DNA of 64,000 nucleotides from Paecilomyces variotii (taxonomy: Eukaryota). The stretch's first letter is position 1, and each line of letters begins with the position of its first letter. The notes below the pieces were generated by a model. The model was not told where the DNA came from and searched no databases. It worked only from the letters and a program-made list of their open reading frames with translations. Below, one piece after another: positions 1 to 13,720 of this stretch. The translations under genes and the position numbers were made by a program. The stretch is taken from assembly GCA_004022145.1 (NCBI GenBank), contig RCNU01000002.1. The stretch is one strand, 5' to 3'.

Positions 1-674
1 CACATCACAGGCTGGCCAAGTGTGCATGTCAACAGAGCGCATCATCGTCCAGCGCAGCATCCTGGACAAGTTCCGCCAAGTCCTAACGGAGACGGCCGAG
101 AAGGTGTTCGGGAAGGACGCGCCGGCACCGATGTTGGTGAACAGTATCCCGGTCGAGAAGAATCGGAGGCTTATCGCCGATGCAGTCTCCAAGGGTGCAA
201 AGGTCATCTGGGGAGACCATGAGGCCCGGGAGGCTAGCGAGGCGAGTATGCGACCGCTGATTGTCGAGAATGTCACCAAGGAGATGGACCTCTTCGCAAC
301 CGAGTCCTTTGGCCCGACCGTGTCTCTGCTGGTTGTAGACACTGATGAGGAGGCGATTGAATTGGCCAATGCCACCGACTATGGCCTGACTGCCTCCGTC
401 TACACGGAGAATCTGGCCCGCGGCTTGAAGATTGCAAAGCAGATCGAGTCTGGGTAAGCACCGTCCTTGGTCCCATCTATGCCACCTCCCGATCGATGCA
501 GTCGTTTGCTAACGGATCCATGCTTGCAGCGCTGTCCACATCAACTCTCCCACCATCCACGACGAGCCTGTGCTGCCTCACGGCGGAGTGAAGAGCAGTG
601 GTTTCGGCCGGTTTGGAGGCTCCTCTGGCCTGGAGGAGTTTATGGTGACCAAGTCGGTTACCTGGATCGACTAA
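1..674 (+). CDS. Aldehyde dehydrogenase (vanillin/salicylaldehyde dehydrogenase-like), 3' part; 5' end outside window
   Basis: GQVCMSTERI catalytic Cys region, ESFGP and YGL motifs; intron ~454-529 (gtaagc...gctaac...cag); last exon AVHINSPTIHDEPVLPHGGVKSSGFGRFGG...WID*. Confidence 0.9.
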
Positions 675-2311
675 TTGCGACGCACTGAACTATGCGTGCA
701 GCAGAGTAGACATTGTTTTTACGAGTGATACCAGTCATGGCGAGGAACAGGGCGGACCGCAGAAGCAGTTGGTTAGCTCAGTCCGATGCTGTAGTTCGTG
801 ACATTTAACCAGTATGATATGATATGATTTGGGAGCGAGATCATCGGCATTGAATGCTATCATCATGGAGATTATTAAGTTATTATACTCTAGGTTATGA
901 AGCACTAGGCCGTGAAGGCTGTAGTAATATCCGAGCAACCGAAACGGCCCTCTAGTTTATCTAGTGAGACCTGTTCGACTCTTGCGATCATCACAATAAT
1001 AATAATAATGGCAACCTGGCCGACTGCTTCAGCCATCGGATGATCGGCGCTTCCCCCCTTTCGATCTGCTGTGGTCCCAAAATAAATCGTGCAACCCAAG
1101 ACGACCAGAAGAGGCGAACACAACCGAGCTAAACGATCCAGAACTCTCGTTTGCTCGGGCTCATCTCGCTTACGGCAGTTCTGGTCATCAACGAGCTCGC
1201 GCAACCGAAGAACAAGAAGCGATGAAAAACCCTACCGGCGCGCCTGACCAGAACGAGCCAGCGCTAACCTGGGGAAATCACCCGGTCCAGCACAGATCAA
1301 GCTTAGCTGAAGGCATCTTTGCTATCGATAAATTAATTTTCGCGGGCTAAAAGGCTCGTTCCGGTGCCATACCGAGATTTGCCCCTCATCTCCACCAATT
1401 GAGGCGCTCGTGGAGTGGTGTTGCTCTTTGAGTCTTGAGAAAACATCAACGGGCGACAAACAACAGGTAGATATCCTGATAATCCTGGGCCATCTTCGCG
1501 ACCTCCACGTTCTTTCAACGTTGCTCGCGGGTATGCTACATACTATGTATGTATGTAATGTACAACGGTCCTTCATGCTTTGTCCAGGCGGGGATCTACA
1601 TGGCTCGCCTTTGCCTGGTAACTGATTACTAGTTTGATTAGTTGTCAGACCTTAAACACGAGGTGAACTTGGGTGCTCGCCAGCCACAGGGAGTCACATT
1701 CCCAACAATGGCCCCTCTTTTGCCTCCATCGCGAACTTTTCCTCTGTCTTGGCAACGCCCATGTCCGAAGGGTGCCTGGAATTAGATGGTTCAAGACTCT
1801 ATTCTTGTTGGCTTGCGACCCATTGATTGGGCCCCTTAAGGCAGGTCCTTCATCAAGTCGCAACGCTATGCCACCGGGGCGCCAAAAGATCGTAACATGG
1901 CGCAGGGCCTGATGCTGGACCGTGGCAGAGCCGCAAGGGACGGTGGATTCAGATTGATTTCCCCTTTTGCTAATGCTGTCTGTCTCTGCACGGCCTTGGA
2001 ACTAATAAAATACCAGGACCTCTCGCTCTTTATTGACCTTTTGCTCTCGCTCTGTTCTCTCTTTCGCCCCTCAGTGATAATCATCACCTATTGTGTCGCA
2101 GTCCATTTCTCACTGCAGTCATTCTTTCTTTCCCGCAAGTCGGATTCTGACTACATTCATTTTTATTTCCTTTTGACGTTTAAAACCAAGAGATAGTCCA
2201 GATACTCTGCTGTTTCAACTTTCTTTCGCTTATTACGCAGATACCCCCATTGAAACTCTTTGCCAAAACAAAAGAAAAGAAAGGAAAAGGGAAAATATCA
2301 TTTCAGACAAG

Positions 2312-3148
2312 ATGCGCTTCTTTGCCATTTCTATCCTGTCTGCCCTCGCGGCCACTGTTTCTGCTGCCACCACCCCCGACTATTCCCAGGGACCCTCTGG
2401 CAACCCTATCGCTCTTCCCGGTCTGAACGACCAGGTCCCCGTGGGTCAGCCCTACCAGATCAAATGGCAGCCAACGACTCCCGGTGATGTGTCCATCTGG
2501 CTGCTGCGCGGCCCCAGCAGCAACGTTCAGCCCATTGCTACCCTTGCCAGCAACATCCCTAACAGCGGCGAGTTCACCTGGACCCCAAGCACTTCGCTCC
2601 AGGATGATGTCACCCACTACGGTCTGATCATCATCGTCGAGGGCACCGGCCAGTACCAGTACTCGACCCAGTTTGGCATCAAGAACGACGCTGTCGCCGC
2701 AGGCACCACCTCCGCTGCGGTTGCGCCCACCTCTGCTGCCGCTGTCAAGACCACTGCTGCTCCTGTCACTTCCTCTTCCTCGTCCGTTGCTGTCGCCGTT
2801 GAGTCCACCACTGCTTCTTCCACTGAGACCACCGAGGCCACTGTAAAGACCGCTATCAAGTCCATCACCACCTCCAGCGCTCCCGCTGAGACGACCCAGA
2901 CGACCGCCGCTACCCCGGCCATCCCTCCCTCCAACTCAGCGGCGGCTAGCCCCTCTACCGTTACCCAGGCCGCCAGCTCCTCCACGCCCGTGACGCCCAC
3001 CACTTTCTCCAGCAGCAGCATTACCACCCCTACCAACCGCCAGTCCTCCTCCCCGACTCCCACCTACACCGGTGGAGCGGACCGCAAGACTGCCGGCTTT
3101 GGCGCCATCGCTGTCGCCGCTGGTCTGATGGCCGTTTTCGCCTTCTAA
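2312..3148 (+). CDS. GPI-anchored Ser/Thr-rich cell wall protein (Kre9/Knh1-like N-terminal domain)
   Basis: Signal peptide; 'PVGQPYQIKW...NSGEFTWTP...YSTQF' domain; S/T/A-rich stalk; hydrophobic C-terminal GPI signal. Confidence 0.9.
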   Translation: MRFFAISILSALAATVSAATTPDYSQGPSGNPIALPGLNDQVPVGQPYQIKWQPTTPGDVSIWLLRGPSSNVQPIATLASNIPNSGEFTWTPSTSLQDDVTHYGLIIIVEGTGQYQYSTQFGIKNDAVAAGTTSAAVAPTSAAAVKTTAAPVTSSSSSVAVAVESTTASSTETTEATVKTAIKSITTSSAPAETTQTTAATPAIPPSNSAAASPSTVTQAASSSTPVTPTTFSSSSITTPTNRQSSSPTPTYTGGADRKTAGFGAIAVAAGLMAVFAF

Positions 3149-3688
3149 GGCTCGCTTGGATACCCCCCCCCACCACACACTTTACTATCAGTGTCTGATA
3201 CAAACTTCACGCCTTTGTCTCTGATCTGCTATGCCATTGTATCTATCAAATTCCATCATTTCGTCTTCTTCTTACAAGCCCCCCTGCGTGATATCCATGA
3301 GAGAACGGTTTCCATATACATATATGATATGATACCGGGCGCTGTTGCTTAACTTCTTCTTTAGTGTCTAATCACGTGACCCGATCTCTGTCTCTCTCAT
3401 CCTGAGCTGGTCTTGACTCGAATGCGCGCGCGGCTCTACTGTAAATGAGCTTGATATTCTTTCTTTGTGTATTTGGCTAGAGAAATTGGATTTTTTTTTT
3501 GAATTTGAAATTCATTTTACTTCATCAGCATTGACATCGATATCTTCTTCCTCAATGAATGGATCAGGTGGCCTAAGTTTATTCGTCATGTGCTTAAGAA
3601 GTTTTAAATTAAATTAAAATACGACCTCGCGCGCGCTATGGAGCCAGGGTTAATTCCGTGTATGGGCATATTCGCTATTATCTATGTC

Positions 3689-3710
3689 TAGTAGTAGTAG
3701 TAGTAGTAGT
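3689..3710. repeat. (TAG)n microsatellite
   Basis: tagtagtagtagtagtagtagt. Confidence 0.9.
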
Positions 3711-4913
3711 CTTGGTTAGTTTGACTTGGTAACTACTGAATGAAACGTTTATTATTCATTTAGACAAAATTCAATATTAAATTCCTCACTTCCGTACCTA
3801 AAAGACTCTGAAAGACGCACGTAATTATAAATACTTAATCTTGTAAGTGATGGATAGCTTTGCGCCAGTAGTTGATTACTGCTGCTGCTACTATTATTTA
3901 TTTACTGTTTATTTAACTAGAAGCAGCATTATATCACTGCGCGATGTAAGTAGAGCTGAACTTATGTGTCGAATGCTTTAGCACGGAAGCCAAGGTCTGA
4001 CTTGATGAATAGCTTGCTTGCTTGCCTTTAGGTCTAGGGGGGGGATTTGATCCTATGTTTATCTTTAGTATATAAAGAATCTAGTAATCTAGTAGTAATC
4101 CAGTATAATCAGGATTCAAAGAATCTGCTGCAAACGGATGATTGACAGATCACCTGGCGTTTGCTTTGTACACCGACACTATGATTATAGGTATAGAGAT
4201 ATGAGTGATCCATACATATATGTTGTAGTATTCTATGAGATATCAGGATGCTTGGCAATTTGGATATGGTTATGTTATTCTCAGTTATAAAGTATGTATG
4301 TACAGGGGATACAATGCAACCAAAAGACGAAAAGAGAAGAGAAAAGAAAAGAAGACCAAGACCTAAACGCCAAAGGTGATGGGCGGTGCCAATGGGTATT
4401 ATTATACAAGAAGAAAAGGAAGGAAGACCTGCTAAAAGAATGAAAGCAAAAAGCCGGTTCATACCGGTCCGACCCGACGCCTAGTACGCTGTCTAGTGTG
4501 CTGGTTGCAGTGCGTTAAGTCGTGTCCGGCTTACCGAGTGTTGGCAGCACGGTTATGCAAAAATTGAGAAAATCGTTAAGGTCGTTAGATTGGTGAGGTT
4601 GTGAAAAGGGACCATTTCTCTGTCACTGACAGTCTGGGTCACCATCCAGTTGCTGACTGAAGCTCGGGTCTGATTCGATCGACCACACTGCCTCGCATTC
4701 AGTTTTGGTACGGGAGATATAAAACACTCAGGTCGATACCACAATCAAGGCAAAATAAAAAGGTCACTGGCATCGAAGCACGATCAGTAAAGTATGGCCT
4801 CCACAATGAAAGCCCCCTGGCAGGGTTCCAGGGCGATAACAGTTGACACCAATAGGTCGAACTGGAACGAATGCTGAAACAAAAATGAATCGTGCGGTCC
4901 GCTATGCAAAGGT

Positions 4914-7799
4914 TCAGTTGCGGGGAAATTCGTGCACGGGAAGATTAGGCGTCCATACATCATCTCCAACGAACGCGGTCGACCCGCTCATTTCAGAACG
5001 CCCAGTCCTCTCAACGTGACTTGAGTAGGAACATCGAGATCGCGGTAGGTCCGCAGATCTAGGCGACGAGCCCTTCCCTTCTGACCTACTCGAATCCTGG
5101 AAAATCACCGCAGATTGGACTCGCGGGCCCTCCTCTAAAAGACTTCCAGGACCATTCTTGATAGCCAACCCAATAGCAATCACAATGGCAAAGGAAAACT
5201 TTGCCCAGAGGCTTAATGATCGGCCGAATGATGATTGCTTGGTCAATTGACCTTTATCGGGAGATTCGTCTCCGTCGTCTCGTGCCCTGGAGACGTCGCA
5301 CCAGGCTGATCCTGACAAACGGTTGCACGTTTCTGATAGGAGTGCGGTATCCGCGTCTGGCTGCTGATCTGCAGTATGGGAAGCATGTGGTACCTGGAAC
5401 GTGGCCATTGAGTAACGATGCCAGTCGTAATTGTCCGCCTCAGTCGTCGAAGGCTCCCTGCACCACTCGTCTCGAACCTGTGGTCCAAAGAAAAGGCCCA
5501 GTACCCACCAGGATAACTTCCCGAACCGCTTCCAATTGCTATGCCATGCATTCGCAATGATCCTTCGAGCTAGTTCGGTAGGGTGTCGTTGGACTTCCTT
5601 TAACCAGGACGAGTACTTCGTGAGAATGTCCACAGCTTCCCCACAGATAGCTCCCGATACAGGCGAGCAACCATTTGGCGTCAGTTGGTTACCTTTTCCC
5701 TGTGGTGTCCTGTCTATGCCAAAGCGCTGCCTTTTATGCCTTCTCAAAGAACCCTTGGAAGGAGTCTGCATATAGTCTTCGCCAATCTCGTGCGCCAAAA
5801 TATTCTGCTGTTGAAACCGGATATGACTGGTTTCGGGCAAACTATATGCACCGAGAGACAGGCCCGGTTGGGGTGAAGTCTCGAACTCCTCATGACCGTC
5901 TTCCTCCAGAATAGTCTCATTGGGAAATGGGCCTGATAAGGGTCTAGGGGAGCGCGATCCCTGTTCTCTCCGCTGGGTTTGTGATATGTGGAGCCTCCGT
6001 CTTCTCTGTCTCCCTGAAACAGCTTCCTCGAATGATTCATAGTAGCGCGTCCGTCCCTCTAGCGCATCAAGAGAGTTCTGCTGAGCTCCATCGGACGTGC
6101 TCTTGTCATCCCAGGCATCATATTCATGTTCGTCCAGAAACCCTCTTGTCGGTGACAAATACTGCGAGTCTCGCTGTGAAAATGAAAGACGATCAAAGGG
6201 GGCAGACGACGGATAGTCAGACATGGTCCCAGTGGCTGATGCTAGGATTAATGGCTTCAGGTTGCAGGTACCAGAAGGGAACCGGCGCATGCTTTTATGA
6301 CGGCTCTGTCTTTTTCCCTGGATGTCGGGGGTAAAGGGGAAAGGCAAACCCCAGCCTGACGTAGAAGAGAATTGCGATAGCGTAGAATTGCGTTGAGACT
6401 TGAGCATTGATGATAGCAGAGTGGAGTCTGCGGAGAGGCCGTCCGTCAGCATGGAGTCGGGGCGTGTGCTTGGCGAGCTCGTGTCCGCTGTAACCTGCTC
6501 ATAGTTCATGTTCTCTGCGGCCTCAACTGAAAGACATGGTACGTCGTCAGAGGTACTCAGGTCAATGGTGAGTGGCTGAAAACTTTCATCGTGCCGCGCT
6601 CTGGGCGAGCAAGGAATGCAAGGCATCATTGACCTTGGCCGACGTCGAGGAGTTCCATTCTTGATGGGCGACTGTGCATCCATCCGAGTTGGACTTCGTG
6701 CAGCATCTGTCCTAGTCGGGGAGACTGCCAGGAGTTCTGTTAACACATCAACTCTCCTCTCGAGACTGCGATTAGTCAAACTGAGTGCCGCTGAGTCGCG
6801 CAATTTCTGCGCTTGTATCTCATTCTCATATGTCAGCTCTTGTATCCTGCGCTGATCCGCTTCGATCTTCTCTTGTAGCGCCGAGATCTTTGCTTTTAAT
6901 TTGGATTCCGTCTCCAATCTTGACCCAGCCTCTTCCCTGACTCGTGATTCGAACTTGTCCTGCCAGTCAGCGAGCTCCTGCTTGAGAGCCCTGATCTCCG
7001 CATTGAGAGCCCTGAGTTTCGTGAGCTGCGGCTTGATAGGGGAAGTCTGCCTCGAGTCCAGCTCGGTCTGGGACGCAGCCAGCTGTGCCTCCAGATGCTC
7101 GATGTACTTAGTAGTCTCATAGTCCGCCTGTTGCCGCCTGGGACTTCTCCTTTTCCGTCTGATGACGCCAGCACTGTGCCCCAACGGGGAATTGCCAGAG
7201 AGAGAATATTCTCTGCTCTTCATGGCACTATCGAATTCACTGTCGTCCGACCCATCGAAGGATATTGGGGGATCTAGTCTGGGGACTGACTTCTTTAGCG
7301 AAGGGGACGATAATGAGCCAGGGCTGTATTGTTGAGGAGAGGGGTCTGCGAATAGTGCTGTAATCGACGGACGTGGTGAGATATGACGACGGCGGGAGCT
7401 AGAATTGTTGATCTCTTGCAGTATATTCGATCTCCTCCTCAATGAACTCTCGCGCGAACTGTCGTCATGGGTGGGCCAACTCAGAATGTTTTCTTTGTCT
7501 GTCTCTGGCTCAGAACCCCCAGACAATGACCTCCATGTCGTGGTGAGATGATCCGATATCTTTCGACTGGGTATCTGAGCGGCGCGGAAACCCGCGTTCC
7601 GAAGCTGCAACCGCCGGTTCTGGAAGCTAAACGGCTTGGAGGGCTGAGTAGGCGACGATGACGGAGGGGAATGCGTCGATAGTGGCGGTGGTGGTGGTGA
7701 ATAGAGCGAGTAGCCGCGGGAGGATCGACGCAGTTGACAGCTCTCGTGGTGGTTGTTTGGTGGTGAAGTAAAAACGGTATTCGAGGAGACATAGTCCAT
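4914..7799 (-). CDS. Conserved hypothetical protein with central coiled coil, low-complexity regions and C-terminal hydrophobic segments
   Basis: Long uninterrupted ORF; first ATG (MDYVSS) at 7799; heptad region YIEHLEAQL...RRVDVLTELL; C-terminal WWVLGLFFG and WAKFSFAIVIAIGLAIKNGPG. Confidence 0.75.
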   Translation of the reverse strand: MDYVSSNTVFTSPPNNHHESCQLRRSSRGYSLYSPPPPPLSTHSPPSSSPTQPSKPFSFQNRRLQLRNAGFRAAQIPSRKISDHLTTTWRSLSGGSEPETDKENILSWPTHDDSSRESSLRRRSNILQEINNSSSRRRHISPRPSITALFADPSPQQYSPGSLSSPSLKKSVPRLDPPISFDGSDDSEFDSAMKSREYSLSGNSPLGHSAGVIRRKRRSPRRQQADYETTKYIEHLEAQLAASQTELDSRQTSPIKPQLTKLRALNAEIRALKQELADWQDKFESRVREEAGSRLETESKLKAKISALQEKIEADQRRIQELTYENEIQAQKLRDSAALSLTNRSLERRVDVLTELLAVSPTRTDAARSPTRMDAQSPIKNGTPRRRPRSMMPCIPCSPRARHDESFQPLTIDLSTSDDVPCLSVEAAENMNYEQVTADTSSPSTRPDSMLTDGLSADSTLLSSMLKSQRNSTLSQFSSTSGWGLPFPFTPDIQGKRQSRHKSMRRFPSGTCNLKPLILASATGTMSDYPSSAPFDRLSFSQRDSQYLSPTRGFLDEHEYDAWDDKSTSDGAQQNSLDALEGRTRYYESFEEAVSGRQRRRRLHISQTQRREQGSRSPRPLSGPFPNETILEEDGHEEFETSPQPGLSLGAYSLPETSHIRFQQQNILAHEIGEDYMQTPSKGSLRRHKRQRFGIDRTPQGKGNQLTPNGCSPVSGAICGEAVDILTKYSSWLKEVQRHPTELARRIIANAWHSNWKRFGKLSWWVLGLFFGPQVRDEWCREPSTTEADNYDWHRYSMATFQVPHASHTADQQPDADTALLSETCNRLSGSAWCDVSRARDDGDESPDKGQLTKQSSFGRSLSLWAKFSFAIVIAIGLAIKNGPGSLLEEGPRVQSAVIFQDSSRSEGKGSSPRSADLPRSRCSYSSHVERTGRSEMSGSTAFVGDDVWTPNLPVHEFPRN

Positions 7800-9243
7800 C
7801 CTGGGAAGAATTCCTCCCTCTTTTGCATACCGCGACTCGACCACGTTAATTCCCCTTTCCCAAAGCCAATAATTGGCCAATGCTTTTTTTCGATGCTTGA
7901 GCGCTTGCGGTCTAGATGAAAAGTAGCATTCCGTGGACCGAGGAATGAAAACAGGCCCGGTAGTTTCGGAGTATCCACGATGGGGGTCCCGTGGAAATTG
8001 GATTGCTTGGACCAAGGGGGGAGGGGTGACCCAGAATAGAATCAGTAATTGCGCTAGAGTTGAATTGACCGGCGATTTGCAGTTGATAAAACCACAGTCG
8101 AAGATCACGGAGCAAAGACACCAAGTCGGAATAATAGTGTTGCAGGGAAGCTGGTCAGGTCATAAAGTGATAAGGAACCCCTCTTCTTCTTGTTGTTGTT
8201 TGTTGTTTTTGGTTTGTTTCCCTGCCAGCATCCGTTGCCGCCCTCACATACTCTAGAGTCTAGAGTAGTCCCCGACGGGGGCCCATCCAAAGTGAATTGC
8301 TTACTTTGGGATAGTCTCTCGATCCTCCGCTATTATCGTTATTGTGGGCTAATACCGTTTGAAAAGATCCACCGGTGGATTCGGATGTTGACTGGAGATG
8401 GAGATGGTCGAATAATGCTGAATGAAGGCTTGACTGACTGAAATCGCATCGATGATCGTTGTTGTGTTCTCCCTGGGTGGATCTGCCGGGTGCCTGGCAC
8501 GTGATGACCTCCCTGGCTGGCGATCCCTGGTTGACGTGCAGCTGTTAGATTAGAGTAAGAATACGGAGTATCTAAGTAGATAAGTAACTAACTAACTAAC
8601 ATATAGTTACCATAGTACGATTCTACGCTACAGTGGATAGATCATGCTGCAGAAAGCCGGACTCGCTGGACATGATCTATCTGGCGTGTTTACACCTCAT
8701 AAATTATATTTACCTTCCCGAGAGTCCCTTCTGAGACATACACATAGATGGTCAGTCCATTGTCCCACCGTAGTCACTGTTGTCATCAATTCTTCTTCCC
8801 GCGTCTTCCTCATAGCGCATTATTACCCCTTCCCTTCTCGGTTTAGGGTGCCCCGACGCTTCCGCCTATCCCGGACTGGTGAATTAAACGAGGCCGTTTT
8901 GAAGATCTAATCTAATTCGAGTAGGAGTAAATTCCATGTAATGTAATTCCATCTGATGATGGCTGAAACCCCTGAAATACAACTATTGGTAGTCCCATAT
9001 ACGCACGTGGGATTGCTCTAGTTTTAAGCTCATGTGAGACTACGGGTAACCGAGAATAGACCGGGCACGCAGAAGAGACCAGGTCAATCATCAATCATCA
9101 ATAATAATCATATATTTCCTGTCGATCGGGTATATCTTCTATATGCATCCTATCGCCTGTATGTATCTAGCCGGAATTTTCACCTTTCCAGGCGTCTTCG
9201 TATCAAATATCGTCATTAGTTCTTGCGGGTCGAAGCGAGAGAG

Positions 9244-11618
9244 TCACAGTGGTCTGAAAGGGCCTGCCGTCCGGAAGCTTCGGACCTCGTCCTCGATGGC
9301 AGCATAAAGTGCGCGGTCCCCCGGTGTCAAGTTGGCAGCGTACAGGACCGATGATGGTGACGCTCCGATCAGCGGCTTTAGATCAGCCTGACACACCGTA
9401 CCCGGAGCTGGGAGTTCCCCTGTTTGAAAGTAGGTGCGGACGGCTTTGGCAACGCAAAAAGAGGGAGCTGCCAGGGTGGTATGCTGAAGATATCGATCGT
9501 CAGTTATCATATGTTGGCTCCATGTTTGTCTAACAGGAAGAGAGGCAGCATAGCAGAAGGTTGTCCAGGGGTTCACTTACGCCTTCGGAGTCTTGTTGCA
9601 GGACGACAGAGCCAGGAAATTTCAACGACATCTTCTGGGCACTGGTGGTATACGTCAGTTGGGATGCTCACAAGATCAGATCTACCTTGCACAGTTTCAT
9701 AGGACTGACCTGCGGAGAGGGGTGACGGGGTCCAGAGTGTTCCCGATCCAGAGCAGAGGGTACGAGGTGTTTGCGCCGAAAGGACCTATCGTCATTGTCA
9801 GAAAGGATAGATACCAGGATACGTCTTATTCCCGTCAGAACTCACCGGTGAATTTCCACTTGGCCTTGGCCTTCCACCCAACACAGTCTAAACGGGCATG
9901 AGCCCAGTAGTCACCAAGGGTTTCGCTGGTTGCTTTAAGAGACTCCCAGTAGTCCTTGAATCCCTGCCTATCAACGTTTCCCAGGTTTTCTGCATCCGTA
10001 CATAGGATTGCTGCTGTTGCGTAGTTTTCATTTCCTCCTGGGACACTGCATTCTCGAGACCACGGTCCGGCAAGGAGACATTCATCCGACAAGCAAGATG
10101 GTTCTCGAGAACCTTGTTTGAAACCAACGAAATTGGTGCCATTTCCCTGTTTCAGCTCTGCGAGAAATTCTGCAAACAATGGGAACACTATCAATGGCTG
10201 GTACATGGCGATTCGTGTCAACACCTTTACATCAGTCCACGTGATGACCTCTGGGCCATGTGAGAGTGAAGCGGGAACAGCAAAGGGTTCATCGTAAATG
10301 CGAGAAAGAAGTTCTCTGTAAGCCTTCTTGATGGCGTCCGGTCCGCCGGGGTGATGGAAAGGGCAGCCTTCAGAGCCAACAGTGTGACAGTACTCCGCGA
10401 AACGTTCGAAGATTGCGTCGGAATCAGCCAGCACGCTGGGACTGGAAGTGAGATAGTAAGCATCAAGGTCGACCACTCCATCCAGAACCACGCGTTCTAC
10501 CCTGTCTGGATACAGGGCAGCGAATGTAGCACCTAGGACAGTGCCGTACGATCGACCCCAGTAGAGAAGCTTTTCCTTGCCCTTGTTCCATCTAGTCCTT
10601 TCCACAAATGCCTGGGAATTATCGTAGCCGTGCTGCATATCTTGTGCCGCTTGGGCAGCCTTTCCCTGGCGTTCTCTCCACTGCCCATGACGTTCGACAA
10701 TCTCAAGCATATCCGCAGTCACCTGTGGCGTATTGACATGTTCCCCCAGTGCTTCTTCTCCATTGATGCTAGTGGCTATGACCTGCGAACAGCTCTCTGC
10801 GAGAGCCATCGATCGTTGCCAGTTGCGTATGAGAGAACCCGGTCCGCTTCCCAGCATCCCTTCAGCCTCCGCTTGCAACTCCCAGTTTCGTCTAGAGAAT
10901 GTATCTGGGAAGCAAGTAAACCCAGGCGTGGTATTGTTGACGCCGCGTGGATCAAACCCTATAATATCATAATACTTCGGAAGGTCGGACAGTGATCCAT
11001 CGAACTCAGACGCAGGATCTGCATCCGCATCCGCAATGGTCTGCAGGTTCCTACCTGAAATAAGGAGCTGGGCCACTCCGGAGCCTCCAGGACCACCTGT
11101 TGGAAGGTATTAGCACATGTGCATAACTAAAACTATGATCTGTCAGAATATACCCGGGTTAATCAGAATCGCGCCACCATATCGAGGATCTGTGACGGGA
11201 ACTTTTGCAGGAAGCCTGGCGACGGCCACAGCCATCTTGCGACCTTTTCCGTCAGTATGCCGGTGGTCCATGGGGACCTCAAGGCGCGCGCACTGGAAGC
11301 CATCGAAGCAGTCATGATACTCAAGCTCCGGAGACGGCGAGATCTATCTATGTGAGCGAGTGCCTCGGAATTTATGAGCAGTTGATAACACGGTACCTGT
11401 CGCCATTGGAACCCAGCTTCTTTGTGTAGTTCAATAGACTCCCAAGGTCGACCGCTGCTCCCAGGGAATAATTGCAGTGGCTGTCTGTAGGAAAGAAATA
11501 GGACAGAGCCCAAGGCGATCAAACCACAAACTACCCTCCGCCCTACATTGTGTTGTTTGCGCGCTGTGGTATTCTGCCATTGAGGAGGATACCGTTCCTT
11601 TGGAGCAAGCTTGGTCAT
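9244..11618 (-). CDS. Alpha/beta hydrolase, tripeptidyl aminopeptidase (TAP)-like peptidase, multi-exon
   Basis: FQCARLEVPMD, NPG/GPGGSG, IIGFDPRGV, GRSYGT nucleophile elbow, GNTLDPVTP, QQDSEG-H; N-terminal TM segment; several GT-AG introns. Confidence 0.88.
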
Positions 11619-12499
11619 GGTCTTAGGTATCAGCAGGTCGATGTTCACTTCTACCTTGTGCATCTACGTGAGATAATGAGTAAGAAGACTCCGAGGACCC
11701 CGTAATCTCTCACACATCAAAGCAAAGAGAGTGAGTAAAGGCGCCGGCAGCACAAGGACCAGGGCCAGGGTCCGTCGAGCTTATCATAGAGAAGGGATAT
11801 GTCAGACAGTGATAGACGGGGAATGCTATGGGATGTACTTTGAGAGACGAGCGTAGCGTGTGGGGGAAGTGAGTGTGACCGCCCACGTCGCGACGCCGAA
11901 AGGTGAAGCCAAGAACTACTTAAGTACTCTAAGATAAGCCCAGATAAGTTCGCGATGGACCACTCAGAATCCTCAATGCTCCGCAAGGGATATCGGGAGG
12001 TTCCGCTCGCGTCGCTCTATATTAACCAGATGGCGCAGCTGAATGTTTTGAAGAGCCAGTTCCGAACTTGTCCGCTCTCGACTGTATGGTAGCTAGTAGT
12101 TACTTAGATTGTTGGCTTGAGATCGCCGGGTCAAGCCGTGGGATCCCGTGGGGTAAATTATTACGCCGTAGATAGACCAAGGACTGAATACGAGACTTGA
12201 TTTTCAACGATCACAATGAGAGACCATGGACTCGGTCTGGTACTAAATAAATCAAGACATGACTACTTTAGCACGTATGAATATTGAAGAAATAGATGTA
12301 TTCTTGAATGTACATTACATATGATTTTCTTTCTGAATTCCTCAGGTGGAGTTCCTTGTCGACCCCGCTTAAGTAGCGGAACAACAATCTCTTAATCCAG
12401 AGATATGGTAGATATGGTAAAACTCCAATTTACAACGTCCCAACTTATTACCTAGACAATTGTTTTTTTTTTTTTTTTTCTTTTCTTTTTTCAGAGACT

Positions 12500-13720
12500 C
12501 TCACCATGTAGTCCTAATCATCCTTCACAGCCATAATACCGAGCACAGACATGCCCAAGTCAGGGGTAGGCAACTTGCCCTCACCGACGATGACAATGTC
12601 GAACCTCCTCAGCACTATGGACAACAATATGAGCGTGGCGCGCTTAGCTATGGCGGCCGCTGCACATCGTCTTGCCGCCGCCGAGGGGCCGCCAGAGCTT
12701 CTCAGCGTTTGCACCGGCAAAACGCTCGGGGTTAAATGAACAGACATTGGGGCCGTAGATGGTCCTATCGAAATGGAGTAGTCGGTACGGAATCACTACG
12801 GTATTCAATCAGTAGTTCGTAATTGAGCACTATACGTGAGTTTAATCGCTTACTGATACGGTTGCCTTTGCGAAGAATCTTGTTTCCTATGATAGTGTCC
12901 TTATTTACGAGACGAACAGAGGTAGCGTTAGAGGCCATCCGCAGAGTCTCGAACCAGAGACTCTTCAGCAGCGGACAATTCTTGTGAATGTGGCCAAGAT
13001 CGACGAGTCTATCTCCATTAAATGCAGCGGTCGTCTCTTTCCTGAGCGGTTCGATATAGGACGGGTTGCGGTATGTCAGCATCCAGAAAGCGGTTTTGCG
13101 CGTATTTGTGTTAATACTGCACGCAATTAAAGTCATTCAGTGATATAACCAAGGAGGAACCTACGCTCAGTGGAGGGTGACCAGGATTGTGGCGATGTCG
13201 TTGGTACAGACAACGGGTTCTCTGACTCTGGGGAACCTCAAAATATTTTCTAGGAGCACGCTGGGTCTGATCTCTCTTCGCTCTCATTACCTTGGACGAA
13301 ATTCTGGATACTGATAGATAGCCTACCACGAGAGGTCATCGAAGGCGATGAATGTTGGCGCTAGCGCTGGAGCAATAGTCCCGAGCACGTCACCAAAGTA
13401 AGCCAGCCCACCAGCTCGAACAAAGTACTCAGAGCACCAGCGCATGAGTGGTATATCAACGGACATGTCGTCCTAGAAGGACAGACCCAGCGCACTTGTC
13501 TTCCTCGAAATCGGTGGCGTCAGATGCTTCTGGAAGTACTCTAGAAATTGGCCCTCCAGCTGATCCGGATTTTCCCCGGGTAACGTTGATGGATGTGCAT
13601 CTTTCACACGAGAGCACCTCCCAAAGACTTGCCCTGAGGGTTTGAGAAGCCCGGTTTATCGGTTGGTAGGTCCATGTAGCTATATGAGCTTGAGCAAGCG
13701 CCATACCATTGCACAAAGCA
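12500..13720 (-). pseudogene. Cytochrome P450 pseudogene (CYP7-like/oxysterol hydroxylase type), frameshifted and internally deleted
   Basis: K-helix ETLR, FNPERF, heme motif degenerate LGGGKTMCSGRH followed at once by a stop; downstream helix IAKRATL...RRFD in another frame; upstream fragments broken. Confidence 0.85.

Noticed and set aside
7800-8108. N-terminal extension of the 1064-aa ORF
   Set aside because: Begins at a non-ATG codon; first ATG is at 7799.
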